A stretch of 53,474 bases of DNA from a virus (Duplodnaviria > Caudoviricetes). Below the pieces are notes generated by a model. The model did not search any database and was not told the DNA's origin. It worked only from the letters and a program-made list of their open reading frames with translations. Both the position numbers and the translations under genes were made by a program. Position 1 is the stretch's first letter. Every line of letters starts with the position of its first letter. The DNA is taken from positions 1-53,474 of the IMG/VR virus record IMGVR_UViG_3300050139_000115. One strand, written 5' to 3'. This document shows positions 27,063 to 35,600 of this stretch, one piece after another.

Positions 27063-27443
27063 TTATTTCGCCGTGCGCCAAACGCGCTCGCCGAGCAAGT
27101 AGAATTTGTCCCAGGTGTACGGCTCCTGCTCCCAACGCATCACGTTCGGATAGCGATTGTCCAGAACGTAATCCTCATTGCCCAACGTCGCCACCAGAAC
27201 ACAGTGGTATTCGTCTTTCTCGGTGTAGCACAGACCGAGTTTCAACTGCTCACGCGGCCAACCGGCGGCCAGTAGCTTCCGCATTTTGGCGATCGCATAG
27301 TCCTCGCAATCCCCCTCGTTGCCTTCGTCGAGCGCGTCTTCCCACCAATCGTCGCGCTTGTACTTGGTGGCGTCATCAACGTAGGTCACCGCCGAGTTGA
27401 CTTCGGTGTTGATCGCGGTGAGCGCATCGAGTGTCACTGACAT
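27063..27443 (-). CDS. Transglutaminase-like cysteine peptidase (BTLCP/C93, LapG-like)
   Basis: IN..VN, GDCEDYAIAK, H.VL, VLDN triad. Confidence 0.85.
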   Translation of the reverse strand: MSVTLDALTAINTEVNSAVTYVDDATKYKRDDWWEDALDEGNEGDCEDYAIAKMRKLLAAGWPREQLKLGLCYTEKDEYHCVLVATLGNEDYVLDNRYPNVMRWEQEPYTWDKFYLLGERVWRTAK

Positions 27444-27595
27444 TCGGATCTCCCCGGATGCTCATTGCAGTACGCCGTCCAGTTCGGATTTGCGTCCGTT
27501 CTGCCGCCCATCGGTATGGTGCTGTCCGGGCCGGCCGGTTGTACCGGAGCGCACGCCGAGGCGAGCAGCAATAAAATGACGCAATATCGCCTCAT
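27434..27595 (-). CDS. Small lipoprotein resembling a BTLCP N-terminus
   Basis: LLLLASA-C lipobox; P.W..YC..HP...C. Confidence 0.6.
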   Translation of the reverse strand: MRRYCVILLLLASACAPVQPAGPDSTIPMGGRTDANPNWTAYCNEHPGRSECQ

Positions 27596-28053
27596 CACAG
27601 ACCCAGCTTCGCTTTCTCTGCGCGCCCCCACGTGCGCACGGCCTCGACGTGCGCGCCGAAAGCCACCAAAGCATCACGCTCCCCCGCTTCGAACGTGTAC
27701 GCCCCAAGCGCTACGCCCACACCAATCCGAGCAAAATACTGCTCATCTTCGAGGCTATAGCGCGCTCGAATCTGCTCCTGCATCCGGGACGAGATCAGTG
27801 CGACATGCGGGCTCGCCGCCTTGATCGCGTCGCGCAGCGCGTCGGTGAGCGTCACCGGCGCCACGTTTGCCGCGATCTCTTGCGGCTGCTCGGCAGGCAG
27901 TGCGGCCCCGTCTGGCAGGGCGACATAGGTAATGCCCTCGACGGTGGCCAGTTCGGTGCCCAGACGCTGGCGCGTCGTTGGGTCTTCAGGCAGCCGCAGC
28001 TCGCGGGTGATCTGCTCGTCGATATGCTTGCGGTAGCCAATGATGGAGGGCAT
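27595..28053 (-). CDS. Hypothetical protein downstream of the DGR2 RT
   Basis: AAGGAG RBS; MPSIIGYRK...KAKLGL. Confidence 0.7.
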   Translation of the reverse strand: MPSIIGYRKHIDEQITRELRLPEDPTTRQRLGTELATVEGITYVALPDGAALPAEQPQEIAANVAPVTLTDALRDAIKAASPHVALISSRMQEQIRARYSLEDEQYFARIGVGVALGAYTFEAGERDALVAFGAHVEAVRTWGRAEKAKLGL

Positions 28054-29002
28054 GGTTGTGCTCCTTGAGATAACGCAGCATGTGCTGCAATGAATGGGTG
28101 CGGCGCGCATGGCCGAGCACTGAAACCGTGCTCTCCATTTCGCCGCGCTTGACGGACTGGCGGAAGGTATAAAGGCTATGCCGGCGCACGAAGCGCTTGC
28201 TGATCCAGGTGCGGTAGCCGACGAAGTTCATGCCGCGCTTCACCCGCGCCAGGGTAGACTTCGACAGCTCGAGATGAAGGCCGGCGATGAACTCCACGAT
28301 CCGCGCCTTGCAGATCAGTAGTGCCTCGCGCGTCAAACCGAACAGCACGAAGTCGTCCACATAGCGGCAGTAGCGCTTGATGTGCAGAACGCGCTTGATG
28401 AAGTGATCGAGCGGGTTGAGGTAGATCAGTGCGTAGAGTTGCGAAAGCAGGTTGCCGATTGGAATGCCAACCGGCTCGCCGTGGTCCGAGAACAGCATCA
28501 TCAGATCCACGAATCGCCGGTCCTTGATCTTTCGTTCGATCAGGCCGCGAAGAATCTTCCGATCGATACGATAGAAGAACTTTCGGATGTCGAGCTTCAA
28601 CGTGTAGCTGCCAGGCGGGCAGGCTTGCAGAGCCTCCTGCGCGTAGTCAGCGGCCTTGTGCGTGCCATAACCGACGCGGCATGCAAACGATTGATCGATG
28701 AAGCCGCGGTCGAAGATCGGCCCGGCCACGGCATAGATGGCATGCTGCACCACCAGGTCGCGGAAGGCGGGAGCATAGATGCGCCGCGGCTTCGGTTCGT
28801 AGACCATGAAACTATAGTACGGGCGCGGCTTGTAGCTGCCGTCTGCCAGCTCTCGGTGCAGTGCGTCCATATTGGCGGCCAGGCGCTTCTCGAAGTTGAA
28901 ACACGCACGCTTGCCGTGCTTATGTCTCGCCGCGGCGTGGAAGGCCAACCGCAGCGCCTCCGGTGTGAAGGCGGATTCGAACAGATAACCGAAGCGCTTC
29001 AT
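27986..29002 (-). CDS. DGR2 reverse transcriptase
   Basis: FRDLVVQH, LKLDIRKFF, GIPIGNLLSQ, YCRYVDDF, NFVGY. Confidence 0.93.
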   Translation of the reverse strand: MKRFGYLFESAFTPEALRLAFHAAARHKHGKRACFNFEKRLAANMDALHRELADGSYKPRPYYSFMVYEPKPRRIYAPAFRDLVVQHAIYAVAGPIFDRGFIDQSFACRVGYGTHKAADYAQEALQACPPGSYTLKLDIRKFFYRIDRKILRGLIERKIKDRRFVDLMMLFSDHGEPVGIPIGNLLSQLYALIYLNPLDHFIKRVLHIKRYCRYVDDFVLFGLTREALLICKARIVEFIAGLHLELSKSTLARVKRGMNFVGYRTWISKRFVRRHSLYTFRQSVKRGEMESTVSVLGHARRTHSLQHMLRYLKEHNHALHHWLPQAYRRADHPRAAAA

Positions 29003-29154
29003 TACCGGAACTCCGCTTGACGTTCGAGACGGCATGCCGCCCTACCAGAAAAGCGCCGGCACACCGATTTCGCCGTGACTATCATGGCGCTAATCACGCG
29101 CCGGAAAGCGTCTCCCTTGATTCCACTTCGACCCTGCAGCCCGTGAGGTGAAAT

Positions 29155-29274
29155 CGAGTCCGCGCGAAACCCCACGTTGTTGTTGGAGTTGCTACGCACA
29201 TTGTTGAGATTGAAATACCAGACCCCGGCGTTCGACGAGTTGTTCCAGTTGCCGCCAGAGATCGGGCACATGTC
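29155..29274 (-). repeat. Template repeat TR2
   Basis: AAC-rich (GGNWNNSSNAGVW...NNNVGFRA) copy of VR2. Confidence 0.95.
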
Positions 29275-29683
29275 AAGACGCTTCCCGTTTTTCGAGCTGA
29301 TGTTCGGCGACGATCCAGCCGCCGAGCATCCTGCCTAATTCGTCCACCAGCCGCGAGAGCGCGAGATACCGATGCTCGCCCAACGCGGCCGGAGATTTGT
29401 CCACCTTCTTCCCATCCTTGAACTCGAAATATCCGAGCGTGTACGCGAGGCGCACCAGCATGCGCAGTTGCTCGTGCCGGATGTCCAGATTCGTCAGGCT
29501 GGTTTTCTTGTGATAGCGCTTCTGCGCTTCGACGATGAAACCATAGACCTCGTAGGCCGCGCGCCGGATTTCGAGCGCGAGACCGTACTTTTCATGCTTC
29601 GGGAAGTGATTCAGATGCACGTTCATCAGCTTCGCGAATTCCATGAATTTCTGATCCAGTTTGGCTTCGTCGTGTAGCCCCAT
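29273..29683 (-). CDS. avd: DGR2 accessory variability determinant
   Basis: FPKHEKYGL..EIR, KKTSL..LD...EQLR, ELGRMLGGW. Confidence 0.9.
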   Translation of the reverse strand: MGLHDEAKLDQKFMEFAKLMNVHLNHFPKHEKYGLALEIRRAAYEVYGFIVEAQKRYHKKTSLTNLDIRHEQLRMLVRLAYTLGYFEFKDGKKVDKSPAALGEHRYLALSRLVDELGRMLGGWIVAEHQLEKREAS

Positions 29684-29699
29684 CGCTATCGCTCGGGGC
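29677..29699 (-). other. Hairpin 3' of VR2 (candidate retrohoming cis element)
   Basis: GCCCC-GA-GC-GATA-GC-GA-T-GGGGC directly after the target stop. Confidence 0.55.
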
Positions 29700-29700
29700 C

Positions 29701-31050
29701 TCAGAGATACAAGGCCGCGCGAAACCCCACGCTGTAGGCGGCGTTGCCACGCACATCGTAGAGACTGAAATCCCAGACCCCGGCGCTCGACGAGGCGTTC
29801 CAGTAGCCGCCAGAGAGCGGGCACATGTCTGCCACACGATAATCGTAGAAGGCATCATTGCCGAAAGGGTTGGTGCCACCAACCCCGCCAACCAGGGGGC
29901 CACCAACCCCGGTCCATTGCCAGGCGAGTCCGCTGGTGGCCTCGCTGAACACCTGCGCGGCATTGCCGTAAAGCTTGAGACTGGCACTGGCAAGCGCCGC
30001 ACCGTAGGTCGCGCCGAGATCGTCGTAGTTCGCCGCCAGTTGCCCGGCCGTGCCCCAGAGATCGAGCGCGCCACCAACGCCGGCCGTCATGTCCTTCATG
30101 CGCGCCGAAGTCTTGAGCACGTAGTAATGCGTCGCGGCCGTCTCAGAAACCAGGCCAAGATCGATGTTGTAGATGAGGCCATTCAAATCGGCGACGCCGC
30201 TGTTCTGGCCGTTGTGTGTTGTCCGACTGAACAGGTTCGCCGATCCCGTCTTTCCGCAGTTGGTAGCCGTGCCATCGTTCAGGTAGAGGATGGCGGCGTC
30301 CTGCGCATCGCCCAGGGCGTTGTTGTTGCAGCCCTTGGGGAAGTTATTCACGGCGTGATACCAGGCGCAGTAGGTGGTGGTGCTCGACGCCTGGCCGTGG
30401 GCGTAGGCCAAGAGCGCCAGCGCCGCGCGGATGAAGCGAGACGAGCAGAAGAAGTTCGCGCCGCGCGTCTTGGCCGCCGCGATCGCGCCGTAGTAGGCAT
30501 CGATGGGCGCTCCGGTGAGGGAGGCAAAGTTCGTGTTGGCGATGCCTCCACGCAGGGCACTTGCCAGCGGGATGCCGTTTTTCAGGCTGGACGCAATGCC
30601 GCCGTTGCGACTCGGCACGTATTTGTCCACGAAGAAACCGGCCTGAATCGCGCCACCATCGTAGAACGCCCGGTGCAGCGCATAGCCCGCGGCGTTGGCC
30701 GTGGCCACGTCGACGTAAGCGGAAAATGGCTGGATCGCCACCTGGTTCAACGTGACGCCATTCGCGCCGGTCCCCCATTTGTAATAGAAGGCGGGAATCC
30801 AGACCATGACCGAGCCATCGGAATACTGGTAATTCCCGTAGGCGTCGGCGAGTGGATTCTGGTAGTCGGACAAACCGCCCATGCCGGCTGGCAGCGGGCC
30901 GGGACAGACGCCGACACCGAATCCAGCCTGGCCGGCAATGCCGATGTTGTTGATGCCACCCAGGGCGCCCGAGCCGATGACGATGCCGGTGGGGAACTGC
31001 ACCGGCTGGCCGTCCTTGCCGGTAATTTTGCGAAGATTGAGGTTGCTCAC
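29701..31050 (-). CDS. DGR2 target, Mtd-like CLec-fold tail/receptor-binding protein
   Basis: FFVDKY, HNG..SGVADLNG, C-terminal GG.W....AGVW...VGFRAA; GTG start coupled to the upstream tail gene. Confidence 0.85.
   Translation of the reverse strand: MSNLNLRKITGKDGQPVQFPTGIVIGSGALGGINNIGIAGQAGFGVGVCPGPLPAGMGGLSDYQNPLADAYGNYQYSDGSVMVWIPAFYYKWGTGANGVTLNQVAIQPFSAYVDVATANAAGYALHRAFYDGGAIQAGFFVDKYVPSRNGGIASSLKNGIPLASALRGGIANTNFASLTGAPIDAYYGAIAAAKTRGANFFCSSRFIRAALALLAYAHGQASSTTTYCAWYHAVNNFPKGCNNNALGDAQDAAILYLNDGTATNCGKTGSANLFSRTTHNGQNSGVADLNGLIYNIDLGLVSETAATHYYVLKTSARMKDMTAGVGGALDLWGTAGQLAANYDDLGATYGAALASASLKLYGNAAQVFSEATSGLAWQWTGVGGPLVGGVGGTNPFGNDAFYDYRVADMCPLSGGYWNASSSAGVWDFSLYDVRGNAAYSVGFRAALYL
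29710..29829 (-). repeat. Variable repeat VR2
   Basis: Ungapped 120-bp alignment to TR2; 14 mismatches at TR A, 2 T>G, 1 C>T at the IMH end. Confidence 0.95.
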
Positions 31051-31484
31051 AGAACGCTCCAATTTGAGTTGTCGGCTAGGGTCACTTCTACGCCGTCGCC
31101 AATGGTTAAAGGGCCGGCCGAATAGGCGTTATAGCCGGATGGTATGGTTACGTCGGCAAGTAAAGTCGTAGGGTTCATCCGCACCGCCGGATTGAGATCC
31201 GGATTCGCGGCAAGGGCCGCAGTCCATGCAGCCTGAGCAGCGACGCTGGCAGCGGCAGCGGCGATGGCATTGGCGGTCGCATTGGCAAGTCCGGCATTCA
31301 ATGCGGACTGCGCTAGGACGCCGGCAGATGTGGCCAATGACTGCTTGGCGTTCACATCGACTTGCAAGGCGTTCGCTTCGGTGACGAACGTCGGTAGTGC
31401 AGCCAAGAATGTATCTGCACGCGCCGCAAACGTGGTTGGGTCGATCGTGCTGGGCGGAGTCGGCAGCGGAGTGATACCAGGCAT
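31047..31484 (-). CDS. Tail fibre-associated protein
   Basis: ITPLPTPP...DP.TF..RAD.FL; TIPSGYNA.SAGP.TI..G..VT; tail position. Confidence 0.65.
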   Translation of the reverse strand: MPGITPLPTPPSTIDPTTFAARADTFLAALPTFVTEANALQVDVNAKQSLATSAGVLAQSALNAGLANATANAIAAAAASVAAQAAWTAALAANPDLNPAVRMNPTTLLADVTIPSGYNAYSAGPLTIGDGVEVTLADNSNWSVL

Positions 31485-32695
31485 TATATTTCCTCCAACT
31501 CTAGGGTGATTGTCGCTTTGTCCTGAAGGACCGAGTCCACGAGAAACTGCTTGTAAATACCGAGGATCGCCGTCATCTCAAACCAGTCGCTTGTCGAGTC
31601 ATCAAGACCCGTCCATAGCGCCGCTACCGCGTTCAGCGCTACCCGCGCATCGAGCGCCTTGTTCACGCGAGCGCTATCGAGCAGGAGCACCGAATTGGTC
31701 TTTGGCACCGTGCGTCGAGGAACCAAGGTTGCGTTCCCCCATGCGTCACGGGTAATCGAGCTGAAATTCACCCCATCGTTCGTCGCGTGCTCCTGCACGT
31801 CCCCGAGATATACAAAAGTCCCGAACACGGCCGCGCCGCACTTCACATTCCCGCTAGTATCCGAGAGCGTGAGCGTCACGATGATGTCCGAGTAAGGAGG
31901 AACATCAAACACCACCTTGCTAACCTTCGACGAGAAGGGCTCAAAAAAATACGCATACCCGTCGCTCACCTCACGGGTGCGCAGGTCGAACGTCGCGCCC
32001 GACACCACCGACCAGAATGTGGGCGAGCTGGCAGGGGCGTGTCCCGCGTTCCCATCCTGCAACGACTGGTAGCAGGTCGCAAAGCCCACCGTCACGCAAT
32101 CGCCTTTCGCATAGGTTAGACCAGGGATATAGGGCAGCGGGTACACGATGCCGCCCCCCGCAACCGAGGTCGCGCTAATGACGAGCGTGGTGCCCTTGAC
32201 GCCCGTAATGCCTACGGTGTTGATCCGCTCGCCAGGCGCCACGACCACCGCGAGGGGCGAGGCATGCACGGTCTGCGTATTGCGGGCGAGATCGAACATT
32301 GCCCATCGGTTCGTTGGACCAACATCGAGCCATTTTGTCGTGACGGTATCGGGGGGCACAGGCAGCGGATTTCCGATGTTGCCCGCGGCGAGCGACTCGT
32401 AGCAGCGATGGGTCGTGGCAGAGGAGCACGTGTCCCCAAGCGCGTAGGTGGTGGCCGCATTGTATGCGGTCTCGATCGGCCCAAGAATGCGCCACCACAA
32501 AGGCGAGGCGTTCGGGGTATGCCCGATGTTCGCGTTCGCTATCGATTCATAGATGGTAAAGTCGGCTGCGACGAGCGCAATATCCCCAAACGTGTAGGTT
32601 GTACCCGCCACATACGCAGGGGGAGCGTGCGGCTCGGCCGCCGAACTGCTGGTCAGCTTCGCGTCGGTAATCACCACTGGCGGGGTTACTCTCAT
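31484..32695 (-). CDS. Distal tail protein with carbohydrate-binding-like repeats
   Basis: Follows TMP; three Y..G..Y..GD.....Y.S....N.G..P...W repeats. Confidence 0.7.
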   Translation of the reverse strand: MRVTPPVVITDAKLTSSSAAEPHAPPAYVAGTTYTFGDIALVAADFTIYESIANANIGHTPNASPLWWRILGPIETAYNAATTYALGDTCSSATTHRCYESLAAGNIGNPLPVPPDTVTTKWLDVGPTNRWAMFDLARNTQTVHASPLAVVVAPGERINTVGITGVKGTTLVISATSVAGGGIVYPLPYIPGLTYAKGDCVTVGFATCYQSLQDGNAGHAPASSPTFWSVVSGATFDLRTREVSDGYAYFFEPFSSKVSKVVFDVPPYSDIIVTLTLSDTSGNVKCGAAVFGTFVYLGDVQEHATNDGVNFSSITRDAWGNATLVPRRTVPKTNSVLLLDSARVNKALDARVALNAVAALWTGLDDSTSDWFEMTAILGIYKQFLVDSVLQDKATITLELEEI

Positions 32696-35600
32696 GCCGC
32701 TACCGTTTGCAGCCTCTGACCATCTGGGGTCATGTTGCGAATTAGGTCATAGTGTTTCTTGACGCTCTGCGCGGTGACGTTCGATACCGCAACCAGCTTA
32801 TCAATTCGACCATTCAGCGTCTTGATCTCCTCTAGCAGATCATCGTTCGCGGCGCTCCCTCCGCCCCGCCAATTTGACGCCTGGGACGGGGTGAGTACAG
32901 CCTCGCCCTTGTGCGCACGCATCAGGTAGTCGTCGCTTGGCACATAGCGGAGGCCCAGCGCGTGGCCGGGAATCGCGGCGATGATCGCTTTCTGTGCCGC
33001 GATGTTGTCGGCGATAGCCTGCAACTGTGCCGCCTGTCCGTAGGTCTGGTCGTAGACGCCGCCCGCCTTCCAGAACTCCGCTTTGAATCCTGCGAAGTCA
33101 GAGTTGGTATACCCTCCGAGCAGTTGATACTGGCTCGTATTCTGAAGAATGCCCGCCGCGTCGACGTAAAGCTGTGCAGCCGCGCCACCCGAAGCGGTTT
33201 GCTGATTCACCCCATACGCGGAAACGAGTGAGTTGATACCGGTGATGCCCACGTTAACCGAAGCGACGAGTGCCGACTGCTGCGCAACAGATGCCGAGAG
33301 CGCGGCTTGTGCGTCGCTGAGGCGCTTTGCGTCAGCCGCAACCGTCGCAGCCTTTGCTGCTGCATCATCGGCTGCGGTCTTCGCTACCGCGGCTGCGTCT
33401 GCATTCTGCAAGACGCTTTGCTTGGTCAGATCAACCAAAGTCTGGAGTAATGTCGCTGTCGTCTTCGAAGCAAGGGCAATTCCATCGAGACTGTCGCTCT
33501 GAATCGTGGATCCAGAGATCAACGACGTGAGCATCGCGCTGGAATAGGTCGCGTTGAGTAGGGTTATGCTCTTGACCGCATCTTGAATTGTGTTCCCCGT
33601 CAGTACCAACTTGCTTTGCGCATCCGTCAACGCATTGCCCGCCAGAATCGCGGTCACCTGTTGCAAAGTGAGCGCGTTCCCTGCGGTAAGCTGCGCAAGC
33701 TGATTCGCGGTAATCGTGTTGCCCGCCAAAATCGCGGTCACTTGTTGTGTGGTGAGCGCGTTGCCAGAAGAAAGGGCCGCAAGCTGCTGCGCGGTCAACG
33801 TGTTCCCGGTCAGAATCGCGAGCATTTGTTCGGAGGTCAGCGCGTTCCCGGCAGAGAGTTGAGTGAGTTGCTGCGCGGTGATGGTATTCCCCGTCAGGAT
33901 TGCGACAACCTGTTGCGCGTTAAGCGTATTGCCCGCGGTGATCTGCGCAATCTGACTTTGCGTGAGCACGTTCCCGGCGAGAATCGCAAACACCTGTTGC
34001 GAGGTCATTGTGTTACCCGCAACGAGCTGGGTAAGCTGCTGCGCGGTGATCAAATTTCCAGCCAAGATTGCAAGCACCTGCTGCGTGCTCGTCGCGTTCC
34101 CTGCGGAAAGTTGCGTTACCTGCTCAGCGGTCAGGCTATTCCCAGCCATGATCGCGACAATTTGATTTGCGGTCAGCGCATTGCCCGCGGCAACTTGCGC
34201 AACCTGGTCAGAGGTCAACGTGTTGCCCGACATGATCTGGACAATCTGCGAAGCGAGCAGCGCGTTGCCCACGCCAATCTGCGCAACCTGATCAACCGTC
34301 AGCGCGTTGCCAGCATTAAGCTGCGCGATCTGAGCTTGCGTTAGCGCGTTCCCCGCGATGAGTTCGACCAACTGCGATGCGGTGATGCTGTTGCCATTGG
34401 TAATCTGCGTTACCTGCTCAGCGGTCAGGCTATTTCCGGCGATGATCTGCCCCGTCTGATCTTGTATGAACAAATTCCCGTCAATCACCTGCACCGTCTG
34501 CCCCAGAAGCGCGGCATGGATTGTGTCAAGCAAAGCGAGTTGGCCTTTGAGAATTTCCGTGTTCGGGTCGACCTTGCCCAGCTCCGCCTTAACCTGCTCC
34601 AGCACCGCGACCTGGGTTTGGAGCAAGGCAGCGTTGTGTTCTTCCCAATTTATCGACGCAACCGCAGCGGCGTTCGCTTTCTGCAACATGTCCACCACTT
34701 TGCCTTGATCTCGCGCATAGGCGTTGGCGCTGGTAGCGGTGGCCATGCTCGCAGCGAGGTAGTCGTCGGCGGCTTTCGGCAATGCCTGCAGCGCCGAAAC
34801 ATCCCCGCCCATGGCTGCGCTGAAAGTTTGATTCAGAACCTCCGACGCGCTCGACTTCCCCGCACCGATGATTTTGGTAATCTCTGCGGTGAGGTTGGTG
34901 CTGATCTGGCGATAGGTATCCGCCAGTCGGTGCGCCGTGTTCGCTGCGCTACTGCTCGCCTGTATCTCGGCGCTCACCGCTGCGGTTGCTGCCTGCTGCG
35001 CCGTGGTGATCTGCTGTGCAAGGGTCTGCACCGCATTCGCGGCGCCGGTGGCAGAGGCCGCGAGATCCTGTGCGGCATAGATCTGTAGCTGCAATGCGGC
35101 TAATGATGGGTCAAGGGCCTTGAGTTCATCCTCGCGCTTCGCGGCGAGAGCGCCGATCGCGTTGCCTTGGAGTTCCATCAGTTGGATCTCCATCTGCCGG
35201 CGCTGATTGTCGAGCGCGAGCTTGGCGGCGATCTGCGCGTTGGTGATTCGAACGAAAGTCTGCGTGAGCGACTCACCGCTTTGCTGCAACGCGGCGATAT
35301 TCGGGATCAGGGTAGAAGCAATGGTATCTGACGTCTTCGCGAGCACATCGATCATGTCCTGCTGGACGCCCTTGCCCGAGTTCGCGGCTTGCACCGTGAT
35401 TGCAGCGAGCCCGGAGGTATCCATATTCAGCGCCTTCGCTTGCGCTTCCATGCTCGCGAACACCTCTGCGACCGACTTGTTAAATGCGGTGAGCGAATCC
35501 GCGGGTATTGGATCGACGCGAGATCCGCCCCAGTAGTCATTCGGTGGAGTGCCGATCATCGTGGTCACGCCCCCACCCGAGAGACCCCCGCGTGAAACAG

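Larger units (their letters stand above)
27986..31050 (-). mobile_element. DGR2 cassette: target - avd - TR - RT
   Basis: All components present; TR/VR pair aligned. Confidence 0.95.

Noticed and set aside
19332-29002. RTs as group II intron, retron or Abi RTs
   Set aside because: Both have the DGR-type GxPIGNLxSQ and YVDD motifs with adjacent avd and TR/VR pairs; no intron maturase/endonuclease extension seen.
29002-29271. 89-aa ORF MCPISGGNWNN...
   Set aside because: This is the translation of TR2 plus spacer and is most likely non-coding template RNA.
17867-31050. Cross-targeting between the two DGRs or additional remote VRs
   Set aside because: No TR1 similarity to VR2 or TR2 similarity to VR1a/b, and no further copies seen by eye; a BLASTN of each TR against the genome would settle it.
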